This document shows positions 10,301 through 19,630 of a DNA stretch of 64,000 nucleotides, in pieces. Both the position numbers and the translations under genes were made by a program. The DNA lies in NCBI GenBank assembly GCA_963977015.1, contig CAXBMO010000007.1:128001-192000 (forward strand), given 5' to 3'. The notes under the pieces are model-generated. The model was not told the DNA's origin, made no database searches, and worked only from the letters and a program-made list of their open reading frames with translations. This DNA is from an uncultured bacterium (GTDB lineage Bacteria > Verrucomicrobiota > Verrucomicrobiia > Verrucomicrobiales > DEV007). Each line of letters opens with the position of its first letter. The stretch's first letter is position 1.

Positions 10301-11060
10301 GATCTACCCGATCGATCGCCTGCAGAAATCCACCTTGATGAAGGCCAATGAGCTGAGATCCGGTGCCTTCCTCAACGACGGGAGTGGCAACTTCACCTTC
10401 CAGCCTCTTCCCCACATCACTCAGGTCGCTCCTGGATTTGGCGTAGTCTTGGAAGATTTTGACCTGGATGGTTACACTGATTGCTTTATCGCCCAGAACC
10501 ATCTCACCCCGCAGGAAGAAACGGGCCCGATGCGGGGAGGATTGAGTCAGCTGCTGAAGCGAAACCCGAACTCTCAATCGGCCGAAGATTTGTTCATCCC
10601 CGTTTCACCGCTTGAAAGTGGATTAATCGTGAATGGGGATGCGAAAAGCGTGACAACGATGGATCTGAACCGGGATGGTCGGCTCGATATCATCGTTGGG
10701 ATCAATGATGATTCCCCGAAGACCTTTATCAATCGAGCCGTAGACACCAGCCGCACGCTTTCGGTAAGGCTCAAAGGCCTTAAAGGGAACGGCGACGCCG
10801 CAGGAGGGAGAATTGAGGTGAAGATTCCGGGTATGCCGAATCAGGTCGCGGAAGTTGCGCTAGGAAGCGGTTATCTCTCGAACTCAAGCAGCCGTTTTCT
10901 CTTCGCCAAGCCAGAAGGATACAAAGACGCCGTCGACTTCCTGGTGCGCTGGCCTGATGGAACCAGTGAAGAACATAGACTTGACGCGACCGGGGAACAG
11001 ATCGTCATCGAACAACCGAAGCCTGTTGTGGGGGAGGAAGAAGTAGCGCCCGAGGTTTAG
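7302..11060 (+). CDS. FG-GAP/VCBS repeat protein with ASPIC/UnbV domains (CRTAC1-like), secreted
   Basis: Many DxDxDGDLD Ca-binding repeats; two ASPIC/UnbV-like segments (GIGATV...LHFGLG...IRWPSG and GGRIEV...VRWPDG); start placed at MPQLPRL signal peptide. Confidence 0.88.
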   Translation: MPQLPRLFTAAVLWLAISPFSSAENLESKPFARTPPGSVSFSPTLFTQLGPAATGIDYVHEIATWHRDKRLYHSSFACGTVLIGDIDGDELSDIFVTGGPRSNKLYVNAGNLTFVDVSAGVPEVVGANETGADLWAGGGAMIDIDNDGDLDIYVCYYDQPNHLYINQLVETGKLGFVESAAKFGLNLIDASLVPAFADYDADGDLDLYLLTHQLHRLGGRPAMPVNLESDRSEPTGLRVGGSLNRFYKVDKQDERGRWLYSEKGRPDYLMRNDSGKFRDVTESAGMTKKAGIGNSATWWDFNDDGLVDLHVGNDFLDPDYLYKNNGNGTFTDVLPEAFPQSTWFTMGTAVTDSNNDGRSDFIVADMFPTTHYKQKASMASMGELSERLANAPGARQIMRNALFVSTGTEKFLEAAYLSGVGQTDWTWAIKSGDYDQDGRADLFFTNGAARVFNHSDLPAITHESLIGKNHWDLFENQPEKREQNLAYRNIGELQYEEVSREWGLNHVGMTHTSAQGDLDNDGDLDLVTCSLNDPVYIYRNDGAEGNSVRLQLEGTKSNRRGIGATVWVTTEAGKQVRQLQSAWGFMDADEPILHFGLGEATQIQELLIRWPSGIEQRFENLDANQFYTVTEAGSTKSPKAQPPKTWFVQSDVFDGHKRQETKFNDFAEQPLLPFQLSQLGPAQAWGDMDRDGLEDFWIGSGAGHSGTFFYNKTKAGSRPKFDAWIQPILRTHKEREDMGAVFLDVDADGDLDLYVASGSVESPAGSADYKDRLYLNKGWGQFTDGSNLLPDIRENSSAVATADFDRDGDLDIFVGTRSVVGEYPKPADSHLLINDGTGKFRDGTREMASGLIGTGLVTGALWSDVNNDGWVDLVVAHDWGPIKVFRNREGHLESPTPNGMQDVLGWWTGLAAADIDNDGDMDLVASNLGTNSQYQASAQSPELIFYGDFDGTGKAHIVEANFENGVCYPRRGLSCSSHAMPVVKKKLQTYHNFASASLSQIYPIDRLQKSTLMKANELRSGAFLNDGSGNFTFQPLPHITQVAPGFGVVLEDFDLDGYTDCFIAQNHLTPQEETGPMRGGLSQLLKRNPNSQSAEDLFIPVSPLESGLIVNGDAKSVTTMDLNRDGRLDIIVGINDDSPKTFINRAVDTSRTLSVRLKGLKGNGDAAGGRIEVKIPGMPNQVAEVALGSGYLSNSSSRFLFAKPEGYKDAVDFLVRWPDGTSEEHRLDATGEQIVIEQPKPVVGEEEVAPEV

Positions 11061-12121
11061 GGCAAATACTTCCAGCTCCAGCGCTTGGGTTTTCGGGGCT
11101 GCTTCTTCTTTTTTGCAGACCGAACCCGGCGCACAAACTCCCTGTTGATCGAGCGGGATCCCAGGGATTTTTTCGGCTGCTCTGGTTTCGTTTCCTCCGA
11201 AGGAGATTCCACCACTTGAGACTCAGGTTCTTGAGGCTCAGGTTCTTGAGATTGAACTTGTTGGGGAGCCACCATTTGAATCGGTTCCACGAAGTCGATT
11301 TTCCCGACCGACTCCTTGGTGACCGCTTCTTTGGGAACATCGATCGGAGTCGCATGCACTTCGCGATTCTCGATTTTTCCCGCGTTCAGGGAAGGAAGTT
11401 GAAAGCGTATTTTCAGGCCATTTTCGTAATCAGGATCGATGGCGATGGTTCCGCCATGCCGCTCGACAACCCGCTTACAAATCGCAAGACCAATGCCTGA
11501 GCCTTCAAACTCTTCCCGAGTGTGCAGCCGCTCAAAGATCGTGAAAATCTTTTCCCGATGGGCCGGTTTGATCCCGATCCCGTTATCAGCAATGGAGAAC
11601 TCGATGAAACCATTGCCCAAAGGCACTGAATCGATCTCAATCTGCGGGAGAGCCTCAGAGCGAAACTTTATCGCGTTCTCAATCAGATTTTGGAACACCC
11701 TCTTGATTTGGAGTTTGTCGCCTTTCACGGTCGGGAGATCCCCAGCCTTGATGGTGGTTCCGCTTGAGGTAATCCGGGAATTCAAGTTGAGGCTCACTTC
11801 GCCGATCAATGCATTCACTTCAATTGGCTCTCCTTCCGGTTCCGTGCCATCGATCAGGGAATAGGTTAGCAGCCCATTCAAGGTGTCTTCCATCTGGCGA
11901 ACACCACGGATCGCAAGTTGGATGAATTCCCTACCTTCAGAACTCATGGTTGAGCCCTCTCGCCTCTCCAACAACTGAATGAACCCGCTGATGGAGCGCA
12001 ATGGTTCGCGAAGGTCATGAGCCGCAACATAGGCGAATTGTTTGAGGTCTTCGTTCGACCGTCGCAATGCCTCCATCTGGTCGGCAATTTGATCAAGATT
12101 AGGTGGTATAGACTGACCCAT
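11057..12121 (-). CDS. Histidine kinase (HisKA + HATPase_c), no evident sensor domain
   Basis: FAYVAAHDLREPLR H-box, FQNLIENAIKF N-box, DNGIGI, FERLH, GSGIGLAIC G-boxes; start placed at MGQSIPP. Confidence 0.9.
   Translation of the reverse strand: MGQSIPPNLDQIADQMEALRRSNEDLKQFAYVAAHDLREPLRSISGFIQLLERREGSTMSSEGREFIQLAIRGVRQMEDTLNGLLTYSLIDGTEPEGEPIEVNALIGEVSLNLNSRITSSGTTIKAGDLPTVKGDKLQIKRVFQNLIENAIKFRSEALPQIEIDSVPLGNGFIEFSIADNGIGIKPAHREKIFTIFERLHTREEFEGSGIGLAICKRVVERHGGTIAIDPDYENGLKIRFQLPSLNAGKIENREVHATPIDVPKEAVTKESVGKIDFVEPIQMVAPQQVQSQEPEPQEPESQVVESPSEETKPEQPKKSLGSRSINREFVRRVRSAKKKKQPRKPKRWSWKYLP
11215..11250. repeat. Short 15-bp tandem repeat (about 2.4 copies) encoding QEPEPQEPES in the kinase tail
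   Basis: cttgagactcaggtt cttgaggctcaggtt cttgag. Confidence 0.7.
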
Positions 12122-12265
12122 AGAACCGCGACCATCATTGCACAAAGATACCCTGGTTACCAAGCCAAGTTTGCATTCTGTTAGCCCCAAAACCGGCTAA
12201 TTCAAGCGGTCGTCAAATTCTCAAAATCGTAGTTTTTGTTTTATTTTAGACGTTTTCACGCATAA

Positions 12266-12808
12266 GTGAGAATCATGACTGCGACTTCCATAAGTTCTGC
12301 GCTTTTCTTCGGTTTTCTGTTTTGCTCCGCGGTTCAGGCTTTAGAAAATCCGCTGCGTTTTCAGCAAATCCGGACGCTTCAAAACGACACGTTCCATCAG
12401 GTGGAGTTGATCAAGTCCGATGCAACCGGAGCCTACATTCGCCATTCCCGGGGTTTGGCCCGCATTCCGTTTGCTGATTTTCCGGCTGACGTTCGCGCGA
12501 AACTCGAACTCGAGGTGATGCCATCCAATCCCCTCCAGGAACCCGATTTTGCTGAGCCTGCCGCCCAGAAGAATCCTACCAATAACCAGGACTGGATTGT
12601 AATTCGGACGTTTAACCCGCCACCGGCCACATCCGCTTATGGTTGCCCGAATCTTCTCACCAATGACTCTGGAGTTCTTCCCTATCCCCAGTCACTTGCG
12701 ATCTATCCCTGCCGCAAGCTGGCAGAACTCGACTTTCTTTATGTCACGGGGATTTTGCGTCGCCCGCCAGGCGTCAAGATTCACCGCCTTTGGGCGACTC
12801 AATTCTAG
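12266..12808 (+). CDS. Hypothetical exported protein
   Basis: N-terminal hydrophobic signal ending AVQA; fills the gap between flanking genes; exact start uncertain. Confidence 0.6.
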   Translation: MRIMTATSISSALFFGFLFCSAVQALENPLRFQQIRTLQNDTFHQVELIKSDATGAYIRHSRGLARIPFADFPADVRAKLELEVMPSNPLQEPDFAEPAAQKNPTNNQDWIVIRTFNPPPATSAYGCPNLLTNDSGVLPYPQSLAIYPCRKLAELDFLYVTGILRRPPGVKIHRLWATQF

Positions 12809-13716
12809 GATTGTTCATCAGCGGACAAGCCTTCAACAACGTCGATCAGCACTTCCAAGCCACGCCGATTCGGCTCGCCAAAGGTACTGGCCGAAGCTCC
12901 TGATGCGACAATTGCATCCCGAACACGATTCGCAGGGATCGCACCTGTGGAACGAACGCTCGATTGTTCCAAGCTGAAGGTGCGAATGGTGACCTTGTAG
13001 TTCACCCCCAACTCATTCGCCAAATGATCAAACTTCGCCAAGCGCAAGCCAACCTTGTTCAGGCTGGAATCTTGACCAATCTCTGAGTTATCGAAGGCAA
13101 ACCATTCCCCCTCGAGTGATGCCTTCAGCTCCGCCAGCTTCTCCAATCGGTGATCAGCAGAAACACCTTCTTCCGATACCGCCAGATTTTCCCCGGTATC
13201 GAATGGATCTGTTTCGACAAAGTCAGGGCTATGATCTTCCCTGCCAACCGTCACAATGGCTTCCTCTGCTGCTGTAAGCCGGGCAATGATTGGATCCATC
13301 GGTATTTCGGAAGAAACCGGCTGGGAAAAATCGTCCATTACCACCTCCACCTGCGCATTTTTCTCGGTTTCAGCAACTTCATCGGCCTCTTGGACGTCAG
13401 CGTTCTCTGAGATGACCGGAGATTCCATCAAACTTGCAGTCTCCTTTGGAGGGTTCCCCAAAGCGATCACAAAAATTGGAATCAGCACCGGAATAACCCC
13501 GGCCGCGACCAGAAGGGTGCGTCGCTGCAACGGAGTCAGGTTGAGCTGATTGAACTTTTCCGAAACACCAAGAAGCAACACCATCAGCCTCTCTTTGATG
13601 GCTGACCAAAGCGGAGCCTGCGTTTTATCGCTGCTCTCCGCAGGCGCTTTCGACGCAGATTTTCCTGAACGCCTTATCTTTTTGCCGTTGGCGGTTTCGA
13701 TATGTTTCAATTTCAT
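12805..13716 (-). CDS. Hypothetical single-pass membrane protein with acidic linker and possible degenerate OmpA-like C-terminus
   Basis: Basic N-terminus, TM segment LLVAAGVIPVLIPIFVIALG, D/E-rich linker, C-terminal ANRVRDAIVASG...NRR. Confidence 0.6.
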   Translation of the reverse strand: MKLKHIETANGKKIRRSGKSASKAPAESSDKTQAPLWSAIKERLMVLLLGVSEKFNQLNLTPLQRRTLLVAAGVIPVLIPIFVIALGNPPKETASLMESPVISENADVQEADEVAETEKNAQVEVVMDDFSQPVSSEIPMDPIIARLTAAEEAIVTVGREDHSPDFVETDPFDTGENLAVSEEGVSADHRLEKLAELKASLEGEWFAFDNSEIGQDSSLNKVGLRLAKFDHLANELGVNYKVTIRTFSLEQSSVRSTGAIPANRVRDAIVASGASASTFGEPNRRGLEVLIDVVEGLSADEQS

Positions 13717-13800
13717 CGTTTCAGTCTGAGCGACGGCTCAGGCCTCAACATCCTATATGTTTCATAAATATCAATATTTAGTATTTCTTTCAGAATACAA

Positions 13801-13835
13801 AGAAGCCCCGGCTGCAAGCTGCGACCAGGGCTTCT
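13801..13835 (-). terminator. Putative rho-independent terminator after the sugar-phosphate isomerase gene
   Basis: agaagccc...gggcttct stem followed by a T-rich tract on the minus strand. Confidence 0.6.
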
Positions 13836-13857
13836 CGTAAATTTGGTTCAGGCTGAT

Positions 13858-14862
13858 TTACGCCTGCTTCTTTTTGTCGAACTGCTCGTCAAACACAATA
13901 TCCGAGGAAGGGAAATCAATGCTCTTTACAAACGCAGCCGATTCAGCGGCGCCGTGCTCGCGGTCCATACCGCCATCTTCCCATTCGACCGAAAGTGGAC
14001 CGCTGTAGCCAATGTCGTTCAGGGCGCGAATGATGCGTTCGAAATCGACGTCTCCCCGTCCCATTGAGCGGAAGTCCCAATAGCGTTTGTGATTGTGAAA
14101 ATCGACGTGCCCGCCAAAGACGCCAACATCTCCGGGTGCATCCCTCCATCCGACGTCCTTCATGTGGACGTGATTAATCCGGTCCGAAAACCGATAGATG
14201 AAGTCAACGTAGTCTACCCCCTGGTAGGCCAAATGGCTCGGGTCGTAGTTGAAACCAAAGGCAGGGTGGTTTCCGATTGCAGCAACGGCGCGCTCTGCCG
14301 AGGCGATATCAAACGCAATCTCGGTCGGATGAACTTCCAAACCGAATTTGATGCCGTTCGCCTGGAACTCATCCATGATCGGGCCAAAACGTTTGGCGAA
14401 ATCCTCATATCCAGCATCAATCTGACCGGGAAGGTTTGGCGGGAAGCTGTAAAGCAGATGCCAAATGGAACTTCCAGTAAATCCATTGACCACACTCACG
14501 CCAAATCGCTTGGCGGCTTGCGCGGTTTTCTTCATTTCTTCAGCAGCACGGGTCCGAACACCTTCAGGCTCGCCGTCTCCGTAAATATAGTCAGGAAGAA
14601 TCTGCTTGTGACGCTCATCGATGTTGTCGCAGACAGCTTGCCCGACCAGGTGAGTCGAAATAGCCAAACACTTCATTCCGCTTTGCTCGAGTTGCTGACG
14701 CTTTGCATCGCAGTAAGCCTGATCAGCTTTGTCGACTTCGAAGTGGTCTCCCCAGCATGCCAACTCGACGCCATCGTAGCCAAACTCCTTGGCTTTCTGG
14801 ATCATGGTCGTGCAGTCGAGATCAGCCCACTGGCCGGTGAATAGGGTAACAGGGCGTGCCAT
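13858..14862 (-). CDS. Sugar phosphate isomerase/epimerase (xylose-isomerase-like TIM barrel)
   Basis: [43 protein letters not shown] metal-binding motifs. Confidence 0.9.
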   Translation of the reverse strand: MARPVTLFTGQWADLDCTTMIQKAKEFGYDGVELACWGDHFEVDKADQAYCDAKRQQLEQSGMKCLAISTHLVGQAVCDNIDERHKQILPDYIYGDGEPEGVRTRAAEEMKKTAQAAKRFGVSVVNGFTGSSIWHLLYSFPPNLPGQIDAGYEDFAKRFGPIMDEFQANGIKFGLEVHPTEIAFDIASAERAVAAIGNHPAFGFNYDPSHLAYQGVDYVDFIYRFSDRINHVHMKDVGWRDAPGDVGVFGGHVDFHNHKRYWDFRSMGRGDVDFERIIRALNDIGYSGPLSVEWEDGGMDREHGAAESAAFVKSIDFPSSDIVFDEQFDKKKQA

Positions 14863-14951
14863 AGTGAGGCTTTGGTAGCGTGGATGCTCCTTTGGATCAA
14901 GGAAGAAGTCCTTCTGCCCCTGTCAATCCGGTTTCACGACACGGTTTGGAA

Positions 14952-15374
14952 TCAAAGCTCCGTCAGTTCCAGTCCCAATTCCTCCTCAACCAACCTCCGA
15001 ACGATCTTCAACAGTCCCCGGTCCGCGACAAATTTCTCAATTCGTGAGAGTGGAGCCAACTTACGCCGATGGTGCCTCATTCCTTCCCAATTTTCCAACA
15101 AGCCACTCACTTCCAAAGGGTAGTAGGAAACATTCCCGCCTTTTGCCGTCTCGATCGTAGCGAGCGCTTCTTCCGCAACAAGACCAACAAATCCACCTTC
15201 ATTCAAAGCGACATTGCCGGCACCATCCATCGGACATTGCTTCGAATTGATTGAGGCTTTCGGAAATCTCCAGTTTTTCCCCCGAAAAGCAGTCGTCAAA
15301 CCAATGCACAACTCACCCGCATCCCAGGCATACGGGACTGCACAAGTTTGCAGATGAATCTTTGGTTTAGACAT
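14952..15374 (-). CDS. Nudix-fold protein with degenerate Nudix box
   Basis: AVPY...LCIGLTT...WRFPKA...ALNEGG and WEG..HHRRK follow the layout of Ap4A/DIPP-type Nudix proteins. Confidence 0.55.
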   Translation of the reverse strand: MSKPKIHLQTCAVPYAWDAGELCIGLTTAFRGKNWRFPKASINSKQCPMDGAGNVALNEGGFVGLVAEEALATIETAKGGNVSYYPLEVSGLLENWEGMRHHRRKLAPLSRIEKFVADRGLLKIVRRLVEEELGLELTEL

Positions 15375-15465
15375 TGGGAATATATGGACACGTTAATCGC
15401 AATTATAAATATCGCAACACCCACAAGAAAATAGACGTTCTACTTCCTCAATTTATTGAGAACTC

Positions 15466-16488
15466 TCACCATTTCAGGACAACTTTGGCGGCCTCGCCTC
15501 GGTTCATCAGAGCGAAGCCTTGCTCAAATTCGGTAAAGGGAAGCCGGTGGGTAATGACCGGTGAAATATCCAACCCGCTTTGCAGCATGCTGGTCATCTT
15601 GTACCAGGTTTCATACATTTCTCGCCCGTAGATGCCCTTGATCGTGAGTCCATTGAAGACCACTTCGTTCCAGTCGATCGCAATCGGTGCGGCCGGGATT
15701 CCGAGCAGGGAAATTTTTCCTCCGTGACACATGTTTTTAATCAGATCGCGAAAGGCGTGCTCGTTTCCGCTCATTTCCAATCCGACATCAAAGCCTTCAT
15801 GCATCCCGAGTTCCTTCTGAACATCGGACAGTTTTTCCTCGGCAACATTGACCGTTCTAGTCGCCCCCATCTTCCGGGCAAGTCCCAGTCTGAATTCGTT
15901 CATGTCGGTGATGACGACGTTCCGGGCTCCGGCATGCTTGGCGACGGCAGCGGCCATAATCCCGATCGGTCCCGCCCCCGTGATCAAGACGTCTTCGCCG
16001 AGCAAATCAAAAGAAAGGGCGGCGTGAACCGCGTTTCCGAACGGATCAAAGATTGATTGAATGTCGCGATCCAGCGTTTGGTCGTGATACCAGATGTTTG
16101 TTTGCGGGAGCGAAATCAACTCGGCAAAGGCACCCGGCCGCTGAACTCCAACGCCCTGCGTCTCGGCACACAAATGACGTCGACCGGCCATGCAGTTTCG
16201 GCAATGGCCACAGACAACATGTCCTTCACCGCTGACGATATCCCCCACATTGAAGTCCCGAACGTTCGAGCCGATTTCCACGATTTCCCCGACAAATTCA
16301 TGCCCGATCGTCAATGGAACGGGAACCGTCGCCGCGGCCCATGCATCCCAGTTGTAGATGTGAACGTCCGTGCCGCAAATCCCGGTGCGATCCACCTTGA
16401 TCAGGACTTCGTTGATCCCGATTTCCGGTTCCGACACGTCTTCCAGCCAAAGGCCGGGTTCCGATTTGCTTTTGACGAGGGCTTTCAT
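15466..16488 (-). CDS. tdh: L-threonine 3-dehydrogenase
   Basis: [58 protein letters not shown]. Confidence 0.97.
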   Translation of the reverse strand: MKALVKSKSEPGLWLEDVSEPEIGINEVLIKVDRTGICGTDVHIYNWDAWAAATVPVPLTIGHEFVGEIVEIGSNVRDFNVGDIVSGEGHVVCGHCRNCMAGRRHLCAETQGVGVQRPGAFAELISLPQTNIWYHDQTLDRDIQSIFDPFGNAVHAALSFDLLGEDVLITGAGPIGIMAAAVAKHAGARNVVITDMNEFRLGLARKMGATRTVNVAEEKLSDVQKELGMHEGFDVGLEMSGNEHAFRDLIKNMCHGGKISLLGIPAAPIAIDWNEVVFNGLTIKGIYGREMYETWYKMTSMLQSGLDISPVITHRLPFTEFEQGFALMNRGEAAKVVLKW

Positions 16489-16577
16489 ACTGAGATCAAG
16501 CGCGTTTCACCGCGACATTGCAACTGCGGCTTGTGTCATCCCAGAACACCCGCCTTGGCCCCGTGTTACCGGTGCGC

Positions 16578-18374
16578 CTAAACTGATGCGACCGTTTCCA
16601 ACGGGGCAACTTTTGCGTCGGCAGCGGCAGGCTGAGTTGGCGACTCTTCGTTCCCGTCTTCCCGAACACCGTTTTTGACTTCGAATTCGCGACACCAGCC
16701 CTTGATTTCGAGATCATTGAAAATCTTGCCGACCACTCTTCTGAGCAGACCTTTGAGATTGTGGTTCTCCACCTCGGCCAGTCCCCGGATTGCAGTTTCC
16801 TTGTAGGTTTCGAGCATGAGCAGGCACTTCTCATCGGCCTCAACGTCGTGCACCAATTGGCGAACGCGAGAGACCGTGGTTCCATCTTGAGCATCGCGGC
16901 TCCAAAGGCTTCCGAGCCACTTCTTGTCCTCTCCCTTGGCCAGTTCCCGGGCTTTCGACAGGAGAACGCTGGGACGAAATGCCTCAACATAGTTTTCTCC
17001 TGCGTCTTCGCCCAAATCATCCATGTCGTCCCTGATCTGATAGGCGATTCCCAGCGCCTCCGAGTACTTCCCGAGCACGTCTGAGACGTCATCCAGCTTT
17101 CCGGCAAATGCAGCACCCAGTTTCAGAGCGACATCAAAGGCTGGAGCGGTTTTCTGACGAAAAATCTCCAACACCTGGGTCGTCTTCAACGGTTTGGGAT
17201 TGCGGGTCCAGGCTAACTCAGCCCCTTGACCACGGCAGAGTTCGCGTTGGCCTTCGCTGGCCACCATGAGCATCTGAGCCTTGATCTCCGCATCAATTTT
17301 GCAGTCTCCAATCAGGCGATAGCCTTCCCCAATCAACAGATCGCCTGCATTCAGGGCCACGGGAATTCCCTCCGTTTCATGCAAGGTCGCTTCTCCATAG
17401 CGCTCATGATCTTCGTCCTCAATGTCGTCATGGATCAGGGAAGCTTTGTGAAACGCCTCTACCGCAATCGCGATCTTCTTGATCTCTTCGGGAATGGGAG
17501 CGTCCTGATCATCCCGCAACGCTTGAAACGCGGCCACGGTAAGAAATGGGCGCCAACGCTTTCCATCCTTGGCCAACCAATCGCGAGCGACAGATTCGGC
17601 ATGACCAACCGCCTCTCCCATCACTTCGTCGATTCCCTCTCGCGTAAACCAGCCTCGAACGTCGTCATGAAGCTGATTCAGGTTCAAGCGGCGAGTCTTG
17701 TCTTCGCTGGTGAGGTGGAGATAATCCCAAACCCAGTCGATATCGACCGTGGTGTTGATGCAGTCGTCCTGGAGCAGAGGAACGGCGATTGAAGGAATCG
17801 CTGCCGCCTCGACGTAGGGAAAGGTTCGCTCCAGAACCGGAAGGCAGGAAATCCCGACAATGGCTTCGATCTTGCCGGTTTGGATGAGCGACATCACGAT
17901 TGCAGAGCCTTCCGCAACGAGAACGGCGTAGCCCAGTTTCTCAGCCTCGTTCTGAAAGTCCTCAATCGTACACAGTCCGCATTGCTTGCAGAGCAGACCG
18001 AACTCATCAAACGGAGCCGGGCACTTGTCCTCCACCCGCAAGCACTTGGGCATCAGGAGCAAACGGCGCTCGTAAGGGATGGTCGCCAACGTCTCACGCC
18101 ATGCCTCGTTTGAAAGACAAACGGCGGTGTAGTGCAGGTAAATCTCATCATAGCCCGCGTCTGCAAGAATCGACTTCGCGTGAGTCTCCAACTCCTTGAG
18201 CGGCATGGGCGGAACCAATTTGTGCAGCTCAATGTAGTCGCGGATGTATTTGAGCAGTGCGTCGCGCTCCGTCTTGGTCTGCGGAATGTTCTTCTTCGGC
18301 TTGCGATACCTCGTTGTCGTCAACGGAGCCGATTTCGGAATCTTAACGGTCTTGAATTCTGGGGGAGCGGACAT
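16578..18374 (-). CDS. DUF116-like Cys-rich domain fused to polyprenyl diphosphate synthase
   Basis: N-terminal RRLLLMPKCLR..C....CKQCGLC...AEGS; C-terminal GKRWRP, FHKASLIHDDIED (FARM), GQGAEL, KTAP, YQIRDD (SARM); start placed at MSAPPEF. Confidence 0.85.
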   Translation of the reverse strand: MSAPPEFKTVKIPKSAPLTTTRYRKPKKNIPQTKTERDALLKYIRDYIELHKLVPPMPLKELETHAKSILADAGYDEIYLHYTAVCLSNEAWRETLATIPYERRLLLMPKCLRVEDKCPAPFDEFGLLCKQCGLCTIEDFQNEAEKLGYAVLVAEGSAIVMSLIQTGKIEAIVGISCLPVLERTFPYVEAAAIPSIAVPLLQDDCINTTVDIDWVWDYLHLTSEDKTRRLNLNQLHDDVRGWFTREGIDEVMGEAVGHAESVARDWLAKDGKRWRPFLTVAAFQALRDDQDAPIPEEIKKIAIAVEAFHKASLIHDDIEDEDHERYGEATLHETEGIPVALNAGDLLIGEGYRLIGDCKIDAEIKAQMLMVASEGQRELCRGQGAELAWTRNPKPLKTTQVLEIFRQKTAPAFDVALKLGAAFAGKLDDVSDVLGKYSEALGIAYQIRDDMDDLGEDAGENYVEAFRPSVLLSKARELAKGEDKKWLGSLWSRDAQDGTTVSRVRQLVHDVEADEKCLLMLETYKETAIRGLAEVENHNLKGLLRRVVGKIFNDLEIKGWCREFEVKNGVREDGNEESPTQPAAADAKVAPLETVASV

Positions 18375-18558
18375 ATTGCTAGGTTGTATTCGCGGCAAAA
18401 AGCGGGGCTTGGACGGGAATTTTGAAAACTTGGGAGTGATTCAGAGAGCGATCAAGCGAAACGGGAACTTCAGATTGGGTAGTGACACGAGAATGATTTG
18501 GCCAATATTTCGGAAGAAGGCATTTTTGAGGCTTTCCACGGATCAACAGCTCTGACTC

Positions 18559-19548
18559 CTAGTCTTGACCCAACTTGGTTTTCAGATCGGCCCAAAACGC
18601 TTCCACATTGTCTTTCCGAATCTGGCGCGCTTCCACATTGATGAAACCATCCGCAGGAAACGCATCCTCCCTTCCTTCATCGATCGCTTTGAGCACCTCA
18701 ATCGACTTGTAACCATACATGTAGGGATTCTGGACGACCGTGCCGTGAATCTGACCATCGACGATTCCCTGTAAAGTTCGCGCATCCTCATCAAAGGCGA
18801 TCACTTTGACCTGACCGACTTTGCCGGCTTGTTCGAGCGCCTCCAGAATCAACGGAGGATTGTAGGCAAACAGGCCCACCATCGCGGAAATGTCCGGATT
18901 TCGGGTCAGGGTGTCTTCAGCATTGGCTTTGGCCTTGGCGCGATCGAACTGATCGGTCAGCGTGCCCAAAATGGTAAATTTCTCTCCTTTGATCTCTTCT
19001 CCGGGAGGATCAAACCGCGTGTTGTCGTGCGAACGGTCGAGCAATTCGTCGATCACGCCTTGCCGGCGCCTTCTCGAGTTGTCCTGTTCCATCCGACCAA
19101 TCAAAATCATGATGGAACCACCTTCCGGCAGCGCTTCCTTCACGAGTTGGCCGCAAGCACGCCCGGCATCGTAGTTGTCCATCCCGATGTAAACCTGCCG
19201 CTTTGAGTCCGGTGCGTCTGAATCGTGAGTGATGAGAATCGTTTTGTCGGCGATCTGGTTCAGGAAATCAGTCTGATTCGCGGCATCAATCGGACTAACC
19301 GCGATTCCCTTGATTCCGCGGGTGATCAAATCCTCGAGCATGTTCTTCTGTTCGACGGGACCGCCAGCGGGCATCAACACACTCACCCGAACGCCCAAGT
19401 CTGCCCCGGCGGTCTTCGCGCCTGCTTCCGCGATCGTCCAAAACGGATCCACGCCGTTGGTGACGTAGGCATAGTCATCACTTTCGCCACAACTTGACAG
19501 GGCGACGACAGCAGCAGCCAGCGCCAAAAAGGAAAAGGGGGTTTTCAT
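18559..19548 (-). CDS. Sugar ABC transporter substrate-binding lipoprotein (ribose/RbsB-like)
   Basis: Lipobox LSSC, DPFW, GIAVSP, ITHDSD, YIGMDNYDAG, VVQNPY. Confidence 0.9.
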   Translation of the reverse strand: MKTPFSFLALAAAVVALSSCGESDDYAYVTNGVDPFWTIAEAGAKTAGADLGVRVSVLMPAGGPVEQKNMLEDLITRGIKGIAVSPIDAANQTDFLNQIADKTILITHDSDAPDSKRQVYIGMDNYDAGRACGQLVKEALPEGGSIMILIGRMEQDNSRRRRQGVIDELLDRSHDNTRFDPPGEEIKGEKFTILGTLTDQFDRAKAKANAEDTLTRNPDISAMVGLFAYNPPLILEALEQAGKVGQVKVIAFDEDARTLQGIVDGQIHGTVVQNPYMYGYKSIEVLKAIDEGREDAFPADGFINVEARQIRKDNVEAFWADLKTKLGQD

Positions 19549-19630
19549 GGCTGATTATGCTAGGTGGATCGCTCCGGAAGGAAAGAGAGAAATATGGTTG
19601 TTTTCAGTCCACGTATTCGCAATTTGTCGC

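Noticed and set aside
7302-11060. Recurrent gacggtgatctcgat-like DNA repeats
   Set aside because: Explained by DxDxDGDLD protein repeats, not a DNA repeat array
15466-19548. tdh without kbl and a sugar-binding protein without permease or ATPase
   Set aside because: Scattered pathway genes are common in PVC genomes; partners are probably elsewhere
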